The notes under the pieces: model-generated | The model's database searches: none | What the model saw: only the letters and a program-made list of their open reading frames with translations | Told to the model about the DNA's origin: nothing | Position numbers and translations under genes: made by a program | In this document: piece by piece, positions 1 to 10,203 of the stretch | Numbering within the stretch: the first letter of the stretch is position 1 | Layout of the letters: each line of letters starts with the position of its first letter | NCBI GenBank assembly: GCA_963787125.1 | Contig: CAWBBV010000018.1 | Location: forward strand, 15,188-79,187 | From: an uncultured delta proteobacterium | Lineage (GTDB): Bacteria > Desulfobacterota > Desulfuromonadia > Geobacterales > DSM-12255 | DNA: 64,000 nt | Direction: 5' to 3'

Positions 1-275
1 TTTCCGTCTCGACACTGACGCTGCTGCCTGCGTGGAGCACCCACGACGGCTACAACGTCAAGTATAGTGTTTACCTGGATGGACAGGAGAAAGAGTCATA
101 CCAGTATGAGATAACAAGAAAAATGGGCCTTTGGCTGGGTCTATTGCCGTTTGTCTGGATCAATGCATTAACATATAGCGAAGAAGACGCCTTTAAAGCC
201 ACGGCGTATCAGTTTTCGTCCGACGCGCAAATCTATTTGCGACCAAAAACAGCAGTAGAAGTCGTCAGGCCCTAG
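1..275 (+). CDS. 3' end of a hypothetical protein (truncated by window edge)
   Basis: Frame 3 is open from the window start to TAG at 273-275 (SVSTLTLLPAWST...VVRP*), 4 nt before the next ATG. Confidence 0.7.
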   Translation, partial: SVSTLTLLPAWSTHDGYNVKYSVYLDGQEKESYQYEITRKMGLWLGLLPFVWINALTYSEEDAFKATAYQFSSDAQIYLRPKTAVEVVRP

Positions 276-279
276 AGAG

Positions 280-1446
280 ATGCCGATTCCTGTCTCCTAC
301 AGTTTCCGCAATCTCTGGACGCGGCGGATGACTACCGTACTGACCGCTGCCGGTATGGCAATGGTGGTCTTTGTCTTTGCGGCGACCTTGATGTTGGCGG
401 ATGGTTTGCAGAAGACACTGGTAGAAACCGGCTCTCCGGATAATGTTGTGGTTATCCGCCGGGCTGCCCAGTCGGAGGTGCAAAGCGGCGTTGAGCGGCT
501 GCAGGCGTCAATTGTGGAGACAAGTCCTGAAGTTGCCTTGGGGGCTGACGGCCGGCCGCTTTTGGCTAAAGAGCTGGTTGTGCTGATCAATCTGCCGAAA
601 AGAGGTTCCAAAAAACCGTCAAATGTCGTCATTCGCGGCATAGGGGGGGCTTCCCTGGCGATCAGGCCACAAGTCAGGTTGGTTTCAGGGCGGATGCCGC
701 GTCCCGGCTCTTCCGAAATTCTGGCAGGCCAGGGGATTGCGCAGCGTTTTGAAGGGGCAGGGCTTGGTGAGCACTTGCGTTTTGCCATGCGTGATTGGAC
801 TGTTGTCGGGATCTTCGCTGCCGGAAGTACCGGGTTCTCCTCCGAAATATGGGGAGATGCCGATCAGTTAATGCAATCATTCCGGCGTCCGGTCTACTCT
901 TCCGTCACCTTCAGGCTCAAGGACAGCCGCAGGTTCGATCTGTTTAAAACGGCTCTGGAGAGTGATCCTCGTATGACGGTGGAAGCGAAAAGAGAAACGA
1001 AATATTATCTCGATCAATCGGAAGCGATGGCGAAATTTCTCCGGATTCTGGGCATGGCGCTGACGATCATTTTTTCGCTTGGAGCCGTCATAGGCGCCAT
1101 GATTACCATGTATGCGGCGGTTGCCAACCGGGTTGTGGAGATCGGGACGCTACGGGCGCTCGGTTTTCAGCGCCGGAGCATTCTGCTGGCGTTTGTCATG
1201 GAATCGCTTTTTCTCGGGTTGCTCGGGGGCGCTTCCGGGCTCTTCGCCGCGTCATTTCTGCAGCTGCTGACCATTTCCACCATGAACTGGCAATCATTTG
1301 CCGAGCTTGCGTTTTCTTTTTCCCTTTCCGGCGGCGTCGTTGTAAAATCGCTTCTCTTTTCCATGTTCATGGGCCTGGTTGGCGGCCTGCTGCCCGCTTT
1401 TCGGGCGGCGCGGATGAACATCGTTGATGCGCTCAGGGCTAATTAA
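280..1446 (+). CDS. ABC transporter permease (MacB/FtsX-like)
   Basis: 388 aa; N-terminal TM, periplasmic loop, C-terminal EIGTLRALGF motif with 3 TMs and PAFRAARM ending. Confidence 0.9.
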   Translation: MPIPVSYSFRNLWTRRMTTVLTAAGMAMVVFVFAATLMLADGLQKTLVETGSPDNVVVIRRAAQSEVQSGVERLQASIVETSPEVALGADGRPLLAKELVVLINLPKRGSKKPSNVVIRGIGGASLAIRPQVRLVSGRMPRPGSSEILAGQGIAQRFEGAGLGEHLRFAMRDWTVVGIFAAGSTGFSSEIWGDADQLMQSFRRPVYSSVTFRLKDSRRFDLFKTALESDPRMTVEAKRETKYYLDQSEAMAKFLRILGMALTIIFSLGAVIGAMITMYAAVANRVVEIGTLRALGFQRRSILLAFVMESLFLGLLGGASGLFAASFLQLLTISTMNWQSFAELAFSFSLSGGVVVKSLLFSMFMGLVGGLLPAFRAARMNIVDALRAN

Positions 1447-1464
1447 TCAATATCAGAGGTAACT

Positions 1465-2208
1465 ATGTTTTCATTACACAAACGCTCAGAAGTCCTGATT
1501 CTGCTCATGCTGCTTGTCTCGCTTATTTTATACGGACTTGAGTACCTTCTTTTCGGCCAGGTTCGTGAAATCGGCTTCGGTTTTCTCGGTAACCTTGCCT
1601 TTCTGCCGATATATGTCCTGTTTGTGACCTTTATGATCGAGCGGATTCTCAAGCAGCGCGAAAAGGATGTTCTTCGCCAGAAGATGAACATGGTTATCGG
1701 AGTTTTTTTCAGTGAGGTAGGGACACCGTTTCTGAAAGACGGTTTTAAGTTTCTGGTCGACAAGGATGGGTTGGCAGCGCGGGTAAAAATCTCTGCGCTC
1801 TGGAGTAGTGCGGATTTCAGGGCGCTGTCACTTTTTCTGGATAGCGGCGAGATGAAAATGGAGAGCAGACTTTGCAGTATGGACTGCCTCAAAGGGTTTC
1901 TGTTGGCCCGGCGCAATTTCATGCTGGGGCTGCTGGAAAACCCCAATCTGCTTGAGCACGACGGCTTCACCGAACTTCTCTGGGCGGTATTTCATCTTCT
2001 TGAAGAGCTGCAAGCGCGAGAAAAACTGACCGGGCTCCATGAAGCAGACCTGGATCACCTGTCCGGTGATATCCGGCGTGCCTATACCAACCTCCTCAAA
2101 CAGTGGGTGGTCTATCTGCAGCATCTTAAAAGTGATTATCCGTATCTTTACTCATTGGCCGTCAGGAACAACCCGCTTGATCCTGATGCCCGGGTGGAGC
2201 TAGGGTAG
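1465..2208 (+). CDS. hypothetical membrane protein
   Basis: 247 aa ORF, GAGG RBS, two N-terminal hydrophobic helices. Confidence 0.75.
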   Translation: MFSLHKRSEVLILLMLLVSLILYGLEYLLFGQVREIGFGFLGNLAFLPIYVLFVTFMIERILKQREKDVLRQKMNMVIGVFFSEVGTPFLKDGFKFLVDKDGLAARVKISALWSSADFRALSLFLDSGEMKMESRLCSMDCLKGFLLARRNFMLGLLENPNLLEHDGFTELLWAVFHLLEELQAREKLTGLHEADLDHLSGDIRRAYTNLLKQWVVYLQHLKSDYPYLYSLAVRNNPLDPDARVELG

Positions 2209-2268
2209 GGGGAGAGTGCTTGTGGTTTGTTTGATCTGGTGTTGATTTGTTATGAGACGCGCTGACAG

Positions 2269-2463
2269 TTATGGGTAGAAATGATGTTCGGCGTAGAATG
2301 CTTCCAGGTTAAGTTTGACGTTGGCAATATCAGTTACTGCCGCAGAGTTATAGCTTTTCTGCCGGTAATTTTCAATCTGGGGGATTGCAATTACCGCCAG
2401 AATACCGATTATCGAAACAACAATCAGCAGTTCAAGCAGGGTGAAGCCTTTTCTGTTCAGCAT
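2269..2463 (-). CDS. short type IV pilin (Geobacter PilA-N-like), 64 aa prepilin / 58 aa mature
   Basis: KG|FTLLELLIVVSIIGILAVIAIP class III signal with E5; YNSAA and terminal YP as in G. sulfurreducens PilA-N; GGAG RBS before ATG 2463. Confidence 0.88.
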   Translation of the reverse strand: MLNRKGFTLLELLIVVSIIGILAVIAIPQIENYRQKSYNSAAVTDIANVKLNLEAFYAEHHFYP

Positions 2464-2744
2464 CTTCAATCTCCACAGGTGTGCCGACAAGCCATTTCGT
2501 CCAGCTTGCTTTCAAGTGCATCTTTCGTAACTCATTAACAAGATACTCAACTTTTACTAGTTCCTGCAATGAGAAAATTGTCGAGGTGCCTGCTTTTCAA
2601 TCTCGTGCGCCTCATGTCGTTCATGTGAATGCGATTTGCCTCGGGGCAGGCAATCCTTTTAAGGTAACGATTGCCTTTTATTTGTTGATGCTATAAATTA
2701 CCTTTCCTTTCAATCCTCCACTTATCAATTCAAACGAGGCACAT

Positions 2745-3824
2745 ATGCCGGACAAGCAACAGACTCTTGCAACGCTGCGTGATTCCATCGATACGATTGA
2801 CAACCGGATCATGGGACTCCTTAATGAGCGGGCTCATCTGGTTAAAGAGGTCGGTCAGCTGAAGCAGGCCGAAAGTCGGGAATTTCATGTTCCCAACCGG
2901 GAACGGGAGATTTACGAGCGGCTGACTGCCGTTAATCCCGGTCCCTTTCCGAATGAGGCGCTGCGGAGTGTCTTCAGGGAGATTATCTCTGCTTCGCTGG
3001 CTCTGGAAGCACCGATGCGCGTTGCGTTTCTCGGCCCGAAGGCGACTTTTTCACACCTTGCAACCATGCAGCAGTTTGGTCTATCCGCAGAACTTGTGCC
3101 GCAGAAATCAATACCGGCTGTTTTCGAAGAGGTGGAGAAAGATCGGACTCTCTACGGGGTTGTCCCGGTTGAAAATTCCACCGAAGGGGTTGTTTCCCAC
3201 ACGCTTGACATGTTCATGGAGAGCGAACTGAAGATCCGTGCCGAAATGCTCCTGGAGGTTTCCCACTTTCTGCTTTCCCGCACCGGGCGGATGGAGGATA
3301 TCAAGAAAGTCTACTCCCATCCGCAGCCGCTTGCCCAGTGCCGTAAATGGCTTGAGGAGAATCTGCCCCATATCCCGTTGGTTGATGTCGCTTCAACAAC
3401 AATGGCTGCCCAGATTGTCAGCGAGGATTATTCCGCTGCGGCTATTGCCAGTCAGTATGCCGCATCGGTTTACGATCTGAAGGTGGTGAGAGAGCGGATT
3501 GAGGATCAGGTCAACAACTTTACCCGGTTTCTGATCGTCGGCAAAAAACTGGCTGATGTGAGCGGGGACGACAAAACCTCGCTGATGTTTGCGGTCAAGG
3601 ATGAGCCGGGGATTCTCTATCGGATGCTGGAACCTTTTGCCAGCAGAGGGGTGAACCTCTGCAAAATCGAGTCGCGTCCCATGAAGAAAAAGGCGTGGGA
3701 GTATATCTTCTTCCTCGATCTTGTCGGCCACATCTCTGATCCGAAGGTTGCAGCTGCTGTGCAGGAGCTGAAAGGCTACTGCCAGTTTGTCAAACTACTT
3801 GGATCTTACCCGAGGGCGAAATAA
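2745..3824 (+). CDS. pheA: chorismate mutase / prephenate dehydratase
   Basis: CM domain (LRDSIDTIDNRI), PVENSTEG, NNFTRF, ACT domain IESRP. Confidence 0.96.
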   Translation: MPDKQQTLATLRDSIDTIDNRIMGLLNERAHLVKEVGQLKQAESREFHVPNREREIYERLTAVNPGPFPNEALRSVFREIISASLALEAPMRVAFLGPKATFSHLATMQQFGLSAELVPQKSIPAVFEEVEKDRTLYGVVPVENSTEGVVSHTLDMFMESELKIRAEMLLEVSHFLLSRTGRMEDIKKVYSHPQPLAQCRKWLEENLPHIPLVDVASTTMAAQIVSEDYSAAAIASQYAASVYDLKVVRERIEDQVNNFTRFLIVGKKLADVSGDDKTSLMFAVKDEPGILYRMLEPFASRGVNLCKIESRPMKKKAWEYIFFLDLVGHISDPKVAAAVQELKGYCQFVKLLGSYPRAK

Positions 3825-3826
3825 TC

Positions 3827-4687
3827 ATGCCGTTGATAAATCGACTTGCCATTGTTGGTGTTGGTCTTATTGGCGGCTCTCTTGCCAGGATTCTCCGGGA
3901 GAAGGGGGAGGTTGGTGAGATTGTTGGCATTGGTCGTGGGGCTGCCAATCTGCAGAGAGCTGTTGAGCTTGGGGTTATCGACCGCTTTGAGCACGACCTG
4001 AAAAAAGGGGTTACAGACGCAGACGTGGTGTTTATGGCGACCCCGGTCTGCACAATTGCCTCGCTTGTTGCCGAGATGACACCGGCACTGCATGTCGGGG
4101 CAATCGTGACTGACGGCGGTAGTGTCAAGGAGGAGATTGTCCGGCAATGCGAAGCGCTTCTTCCGCAGGGGATCTGTTTTGTTGGTGGTCATCCGATTGC
4201 CGGAACCGAGAAGTCGGGTGTGGATGCCTCTTTTTCAACACTCTATAAGGGGAAGCGGTGCATTCTTACCCCGACTCCTGCAACCGACAGTCGCGCTCTG
4301 GAAAAAGTTGTCAGAATGTGGGAACTGGCCGGAAGTGAAGTCGTGTTGATGGATCCCCGCAAGCATGACAAGGTAGTCGCAGCAATTTCGCATCTGCCGC
4401 ACATGGTTGCCTATAGTCTGGTCAATGCAGTTGGCGATTATGACGGATATGAAGAGAACATTCTCAAATATTCAGCCGGTGGTTTTAAGGACTTTACCAG
4501 AATTGCTTCTTCTGATCCGGTTATGTGGCGCGACATAGCCCTGCAGAACAGAACTGCCGTGCTGGAGATGATGGATTTTTTTGCAGCAACTCATGGCGAA
4601 CTGCGTACAATGGTGGCGAATTCGGATGCAGAGGGGCTTGAGAGGTTTTTTGAACGGTCACGCGATCATCGGGAAAGTATTCTTTAG
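3827..4687 (+). CDS. tyrA: prephenate/arogenate dehydrogenase
   Basis: GVGLIGGS Rossmann motif, GGHPIAGTE, SHLPH, DFTRIASS. Confidence 0.95.
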   Translation: MPLINRLAIVGVGLIGGSLARILREKGEVGEIVGIGRGAANLQRAVELGVIDRFEHDLKKGVTDADVVFMATPVCTIASLVAEMTPALHVGAIVTDGGSVKEEIVRQCEALLPQGICFVGGHPIAGTEKSGVDASFSTLYKGKRCILTPTPATDSRALEKVVRMWELAGSEVVLMDPRKHDKVVAAISHLPHMVAYSLVNAVGDYDGYEENILKYSAGGFKDFTRIASSDPVMWRDIALQNRTAVLEMMDFFAATHGELRTMVANSDAEGLERFFERSRDHRESIL

Positions 4688-4782
4688 TAAGTAAGAAGTT
4701 ATTTTCTGTGCTTTTCTGGCAGAAAATAACTTCGTCAACGCACTTATCCAGTTTATATGGGTTAGTTTAGAAGGAGTTAATT

Positions 4783-6072
4783 TTGCAAAATTATACCGTA
4801 AAGCCAGCTGCTGCTGTCAGCGGGGAAATTTCAGTTACCGGCGATAAGTCTGTTTCACATCGCTCCATCATGCTCGGCTCAATTGCCAACGGGGTTACGA
4901 CAGTTACCGGATTTCTTCGCGGTGAAGACAATATGGCGACTCTCAATGCGTTTCGGTTAATGGGGATAAAAATAGAGGATGACGGCGTCACCCTGAAGAT
5001 CCATGGCCAGGGTTTACGGGGCCTTTCCGAGCCGGATGATGTTATCGATTGCGGCAATTCCGGTACTTCGATCAGGCTTTTGACCGGGCTGCTTGCCGGG
5101 CAGTCTTTCTTTTCGGTACTGACTGGCGACAAGTATCTGCGCAAAAGACCGATGAAACGCGTGGTAACCCCTTTAGGCAGGATGGGGGCACGGATAGCCG
5201 GTCGTTGCGGTGGCGAAAAGGCCCCCCTGGCGATCACCGGCGGCGCTCTTGCCGGGATATCTTACGATTCACCGGTTGCCAGTGCCCAGGTGAAATCTGC
5301 CATCCTGCTGGCAGGACTGTATGCCGACGGTGAAACCATCGTGCGGGAGCCGCATCTTTCCCGCGACCATTCAGAACGGATGCTGCGGCATTTTGGTGCT
5401 GATATCGAGTCGAACGGAACTGAAGTTAAAATCCGAGGCGGGCGGGAATTGCAGGCTCAGGAGATCATTGTTCCTGGCGACATTTCTTCAGCGGCGTTTT
5501 TCATGGTTGCCGGGCTGATAGTCCCAAACTCCAGGCTTTTGATCTGCGGGGTTGGCGTCAATCCGACCAGAACCGGAATAATAGACATTTTGACGATGAT
5601 GGGAGGGCGAATCACGCTGCAGAATCAGCGCGAGGTTTCCGGCGAGCCGGTTGCCGATATTCTGGTGCAGTCTTCCGCCCTTCATGGTATCGAGATCGCC
5701 GGTGACCTTGTACCTCGGGCAATAGACGAATTTCCGGTTATCGCTGTTGCCGCGGCAATGGCTTCGGGTAAGACTGTTGTCAAGGATGCCAGTGAATTGC
5801 GGGTCAAGGAGACCGATCGCATTAAAGCAATGGCAGATAATCTTCGCCTGGCAGGAGTTTTTGTGGAGGAGTCGGAAGACGGCATGACCGTGCATGGCAC
5901 GGATAAATTCAGCGCTTTTCATGCCGACAGCTATGGTGACCACCGCATCGCAATGGCGATGCTGATTGCCGGTCTGGTTGCAGCCGCTCCCTGCAGAGTT
6001 GACGATACTGAGTGTATCGCGACATCTTTTCCGAATTTCTTTACGCTGCTTGAGCAGGTTTCGCAGCAATGA
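4783..6072 (+). CDS. aroA: 3-phosphoshikimate 1-carboxyvinyltransferase (EPSP synthase)
   Basis: GDKSVSHR, DCGNSGT, SAQVKSA, ELRVKETDRI, DHRIAM; TTG start after AAGGAG. Confidence 0.97.
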   Translation: MQNYTVKPAAAVSGEISVTGDKSVSHRSIMLGSIANGVTTVTGFLRGEDNMATLNAFRLMGIKIEDDGVTLKIHGQGLRGLSEPDDVIDCGNSGTSIRLLTGLLAGQSFFSVLTGDKYLRKRPMKRVVTPLGRMGARIAGRCGGEKAPLAITGGALAGISYDSPVASAQVKSAILLAGLYADGETIVREPHLSRDHSERMLRHFGADIESNGTEVKIRGGRELQAQEIIVPGDISSAAFFMVAGLIVPNSRLLICGVGVNPTRTGIIDILTMMGGRITLQNQREVSGEPVADILVQSSALHGIEIAGDLVPRAIDEFPVIAVAAAMASGKTVVKDASELRVKETDRIKAMADNLRLAGVFVEESEDGMTVHGTDKFSAFHADSYGDHRIAMAMLIAGLVAAAPCRVDDTECIATSFPNFFTLLEQVSQQ

Positions 6073-6776
6073 CGCCTGGTGCATTGACCGCAGAAAAAAA
6101 GCTCATCGTTGCTATAGACGGTCCCTCTGGTGCTGGCAAGAGTAGTGTTACCAGATCGCTGGCAGAGCGGCTTGGCTACATTCATATCGATACCGGGGCA
6201 ATGTTCAGAGCTGTTGCGCTCATGGCCAGCCGCAGTTGTCTGGATATTGCTGATCATGCTGCACTTGCCGTTCTTGCTGCCAGTCTGAATATCGAGTTCG
6301 ACTCTTTAAGTGGAGTTTGCCATGTTCTCGTTAATGGCGAGGACGTTACTGCCGAGATAAGAAGCCCGGAAATCAGCCTGCTTACTTCAAGGGTTGCTGC
6401 TGTTCCGGCCGTCCGGGATCATCTGCTTTTGCAGCAGCGCAAGCTGGGAGAGCGTGGTGGCGTGGTTCTTGAGGGACGTGATATCGGCACGGTTGTCTTC
6501 CCAGATGCCGATATCAAGTTTTACCTGACCGCTTCGGCAGCAGAGCGGGGGCGAAGGCGTTTTGCGGAACTCGCCGCAAAAGGGGCTGCGGTGACGCTTG
6601 AGCAGACAATAACCGAAGTCGTGCAGCGGGACGAGCAGGATAAGAGCCGTGCAGCCGCTCCGCTACGCCGGGCAGACGATGCTATCGAAATCGACTCAAC
6701 GTTGCTTTCACCTCAAGAGGTGATTGCAACTATGGAAGAACTCGTTCGCGATAAAGAACAGGCAGTCAGGCCATGA
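6069..6776 (+). CDS. cmk: cytidylate kinase
   Basis: IDGPSGAGKS P-loop, DTGAMFR, EGRDIGTVVFPDA. Confidence 0.96.
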   Translation: MTPGALTAEKKLIVAIDGPSGAGKSSVTRSLAERLGYIHIDTGAMFRAVALMASRSCLDIADHAALAVLAASLNIEFDSLSGVCHVLVNGEDVTAEIRSPEISLLTSRVAAVPAVRDHLLLQQRKLGERGGVVLEGRDIGTVVFPDADIKFYLTASAAERGRRRFAELAAKGAAVTLEQTITEVVQRDEQDKSRAAAPLRRADDAIEIDSTLLSPQEVIATMEELVRDKEQAVRP

Positions 6777-7633
6777 ATATAATTGTTGCCCAGAATGCCG
6801 GCTTCTGCTTCGGAGTAAAACGTGCCACTTTGATGGCTTTTGAACAGGCTGATGAAAAAGGCGAGTGCAAGACTTGTACGCTTGGTCCGATTATCCACTC
6901 TCCTCAGGTTGTTGAGCGGCTGGAAGAGAAAGGTGTCAAAGTTATAAAAAGTCTTGCGGAGATAGATGCAGGCAGGGTTATCCTGCGCTCGCACGGTGTT
7001 ACTGCTGCAGAAATCACGGAAGCATATGCGAAGGGACTTGAAGTTATTGATGCAACCTGTCCTTTCGTAAAAAAGGCTCAAAGCCAGATGAAGATGCTCT
7101 CCGACGACGGTTATGACATGGTAATTGTTGGCGAAAGTGAGCATCCCGAAGTCGGAGGAATAGTCTCTTATGCCAGCGGGCGGGTTTTTGTCGTGGCATC
7201 TGCCGCTGAGGCACTTGACCTTCCTAAGATGAAAAAGATCGGCGTGATTGCCCAGACGACCCAGTCATATCATACCCTTGAAGCTGTAGTCGGAATATGT
7301 CTGTCAAAGGCACAGGAACTCAGAGTTTTCAACACCATCTGTGATGCGACGGCAGTCAGGCAGGACGAAGCAAAAACCATTGCCGCCAATGTCGGCTGCA
7401 TGATCGTAATCGGCGGTTACAACAGTGCCAATACAAGGCGGCTTGCCGAGATATGCATGGAATTCCAGGCTAACACTCACCATATAGAGACGGCAGACCA
7501 ACTTTCAGGCGATTGGTTTGCCGGTATCGAAACTGTCGGGATAACTGCGGGAGCTTCGACGCCGAAATGGTTGATTGACGAGGTTTTTGAAAGAATTAAT
7601 GCGCTTTGCAGGGACAAAAAGATTGAACTTTAA
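6773..7633 (+). CDS. ispH: 4-hydroxy-3-methylbut-2-enyl diphosphate reductase
   Basis: GFCFGVKRA, DATCPFV, NTICDAT, TAGASTP. Confidence 0.96.
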   Translation: MNIIVAQNAGFCFGVKRATLMAFEQADEKGECKTCTLGPIIHSPQVVERLEEKGVKVIKSLAEIDAGRVILRSHGVTAAEITEAYAKGLEVIDATCPFVKKAQSQMKMLSDDGYDMVIVGESEHPEVGGIVSYASGRVFVVASAAEALDLPKMKKIGVIAQTTQSYHTLEAVVGICLSKAQELRVFNTICDATAVRQDEAKTIAANVGCMIVIGGYNSANTRRLAEICMEFQANTHHIETADQLSGDWFAGIETVGITAGASTPKWLIDEVFERINALCRDKKIEL

Positions 7634-7691
7634 ATAAATTGTTGTTACTTTAACGAAATTATGAAGAGAAACAGCCAGGGGGTAGGGATTG

Positions 7692-9446
7692 ATGACAGTA
7701 GATGGAAGACAACAGAAAAAAAATGACGCGCCGATCAAGCGTTTCAAGGATAATGACGACGATCAGGAAATGTCCGGCAGCGTTGAATTTGCAGAGTTGT
7801 TTCAGGACAGTCTTAATCAGCCTAAAGCAGGTGAAGTTGTTCAGGGTACAGTCGTGCAGATTACTCAGGACTTTGTAATGGTTGATGTCGGCTATAAATC
7901 TGAAGGTTGTGTGCACGTAGCTGAGTTCATGGATGAAGATGGTGTTGTAACTGTTCAACCTGGCGATAAAGTTTATGTTCTTTTCCAAAGAGGCGAAACC
8001 GCCAAAGGGCACCTGATCCTTTCCAAGCGTAAGGCCGAGCAGTTGGTCGGCTGGGACATGGTAGCTGAAGCAGGCGGCGAGGGCGGCACAATAGAAGGTA
8101 AGATAATCGGTAAAGTTAAAGGTGGACTGACAGTTGATATAGGTCTCCCGGCCTTTCTCCCGGCATCCCAGGTAGATCTCAGGCCTGGCGGGAATCTTGA
8201 TCGCTATATCGGCCAGACAGCAACTTTTAAAATCCTTAAACTCAACCGCAAACGCGGCAATGTAGTTCTCTCACGACGGGTTATTCTTGAAGAAGAGCGT
8301 GGTCAGGTTCGTGATCAGACTCTTACTACTCTTGAAGAAGGGCAGATCCGCGACGGCATTGTTAAAAATCTGACTGACTACGGTGCATTTGTTGATGTCG
8401 GCGGTGTTGACGGCCTTCTTCATGTGACGGATATGTCATGGGGCAAGCTGAACCACCCTTCAGAAGTAATAAAAGTAGGCGATGTCATCAAGGTGAAAGT
8501 TCTCAAATACGATAGTAGTAAAGGGAAAATCTCTCTTGGGATGAAACAGACTATTCCTGATCCATGGTTGACTGCCGAGTCAAAATTTACTGTCGGCGAG
8601 CGGGTTACTGGCAGAGTAGTCAGTCTGATGGAGTACGGCGCATTTGTAGCACTTTCAGACGGAATTGAAGGGCTGATTCACGTTTCCGAGATGTCCTGGA
8701 CCAAACGGGTAAGGCACCCCTCCGAAATCCTCAAGGTCGGTGATAGTGTAGAAACACTGATTCTCGGCATTGACATAGCTAATCGCCGTATTTCGCTTGG
8801 CCTTAAACAGACTGAGCCTAATCCTTGGCTTTGCCTGGAAGAGCGCTATCCGGCAGGTACGAAACTTGAGGGTCAGATCAAGAATATCACTGACTTTGGC
8901 GCTTTCATAGGAGTTGAAGACGGCATTGATGGTCTTGTGCATGTTTCTGATATCTCCTGGACAAAGCGAATCAAGCACCCTGGCGAAATATTTTCAAAAG
9001 GTCAGACCATTCAAGCGGTAGTCCTTAATATCGACCCTGCCAATGAGAGACTTTCTCTTGGGGTGAAGCAGCTTCATCCTGACCCATGGACGATAGTTCC
9101 TGAAAAATACAAAGCGGGTACGCGTGTCACCGGCAAGGTGACATCAGTAACTGATTTTGGCGTTTTCATGGAGATTGAAGATGGTATTGAAGGACTGGTG
9201 CATGTCTCGGAGCTTTCCCGCGAGAAAGTACCGTCGGCCAAAGAGTTTACAACTGTCGGGACTGAGTTTGAAGCGGTAGTTCTCAGTGTTGATACCCAGG
9301 ATCGTAAGATAGCCCTGTCGCTCAAAGCTCTTCAGGCAGCTATCGAAAAAGAAGAGATTCAGGGTTATATGGGCGGGCAGAATGAATCTTTCTCAAGCCT
9401 TGGTGAGATTTTCAAGGGTGAGTTGAATAAAAACAATAATAATTAA
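7692..9446 (+). CDS. rpsA: 30S ribosomal protein S1
   Basis: Tandem S1 repeats (YGAFVD, DGLLHVTDMSW, EGLIHVSEMSW); start TTG 7689 or ATG 7692. Confidence 0.96.
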   Translation: MTVDGRQQKKNDAPIKRFKDNDDDQEMSGSVEFAELFQDSLNQPKAGEVVQGTVVQITQDFVMVDVGYKSEGCVHVAEFMDEDGVVTVQPGDKVYVLFQRGETAKGHLILSKRKAEQLVGWDMVAEAGGEGGTIEGKIIGKVKGGLTVDIGLPAFLPASQVDLRPGGNLDRYIGQTATFKILKLNRKRGNVVLSRRVILEEERGQVRDQTLTTLEEGQIRDGIVKNLTDYGAFVDVGGVDGLLHVTDMSWGKLNHPSEVIKVGDVIKVKVLKYDSSKGKISLGMKQTIPDPWLTAESKFTVGERVTGRVVSLMEYGAFVALSDGIEGLIHVSEMSWTKRVRHPSEILKVGDSVETLILGIDIANRRISLGLKQTEPNPWLCLEERYPAGTKLEGQIKNITDFGAFIGVEDGIDGLVHVSDISWTKRIKHPGEIFSKGQTIQAVVLNIDPANERLSLGVKQLHPDPWTIVPEKYKAGTRVTGKVTSVTDFGVFMEIEDGIEGLVHVSELSREKVPSAKEFTTVGTEFEAVVLSVDTQDRKIALSLKALQAAIEKEEIQGYMGGQNESFSSLGEIFKGELNKNNNN

Positions 9447-9494
9447 TTTGAACTGCAGCTTGCAGAGTTCTGACCATATTTTGCTGAGGTATTT

Positions 9495-9776
9495 ATGACG
9501 AAAAGTGAACTTGTCGAAAAAATAATGGAAACAAACGGTTTTCTTAACCGGAAAGAGTCAGAGCTGGTAGTGAATATTATCTTTGATTCAATGGCTAACG
9601 CATTGAAAGATGGTGATAAAGTCGAAATAAGAGGGTTTGGCAGCTTTACGGTGCGTGAGCGCGAATCTCGTGAAGCGAGAAATCCCAAGAACGGTGAAAT
9701 CGTCAGGATCGCTGCCAAGCGGACACCTTTCTTCAAGACCGGTAAAGAGTTGAAGGAGCGGGTCAACTGTCTCTAG
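9495..9776 (+). CDS. ihfB: integration host factor subunit beta
   Basis: MTKSEL, VEIRGFGSF, RNPKNGE, PFFKTGKELKERVN; follows rpsA. Confidence 0.93.
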   Translation: MTKSELVEKIMETNGFLNRKESELVVNIIFDSMANALKDGDKVEIRGFGSFTVRERESREARNPKNGEIVRIAAKRTPFFKTGKELKERVNCL

Positions 9777-9798
9777 ATGCAAAGTGTAATCCAAGTAA

Positions 9799-9885
9799 GC
9801 CCGGGTGGCGGAATTGGTAGACGCAAGGGACTTAAAATCCCTCGGACGTAAGTCTGTACCGGTTCGACCCCGGTCCCGGGCACCA
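9799..9885 (+). tRNA. tRNA-Leu(TAA)
   Basis: GCCCGGG acceptor stem, anticodon loop CTTAAAA, long variable arm, GGTTCGACCCC T-arm, CCA end. Confidence 0.96.
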
Positions 9886-9922
9886 CTAAATAACCACTAA
9901 TTATCGCAATAGGAATAAGATT

Positions 9923-9952
9923 AAAGGCTATGCTAACCGCATAGCCTTTTTT
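9923..9952 (+). terminator. intrinsic terminator after tRNA-Leu
   Basis: AAAGGCTATGC-TAACC-GCATAGCCTTT followed by T run. Confidence 0.8.
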
Positions 9953-10203
9953 GTTATGTTGTGTCTGAGTAGTCGTGAGAATTGACTGGGCCAATTTACC
10001 ATGATCGCCAATATAAAAAGCACAATTCTGCCTTATCAACTAGACAATATTAAAGCAGTTTGTTATGTTCACGCTCACCTTATCCAGTATAACAGGATTA
10101 TTATGCTATCTGGTTTTCCAAGAAATTTTGTTTCCCTTCAAATGCACTTCTCAGTGTATGTATTACTATCCTACAGCAGATATTCCACTTTGGAGATTTT
10201 AAT

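Noticed and set aside
2575..2665. Possible c-di-GMP/cGAMP (GEMM-I) riboswitch upstream of the pilin
   Set aside because: GGCAAA and a GCCTGC/GCAGGC stem are present, but no GNRA-capped P2, GACGCAAA or P3 tetraloop receptor
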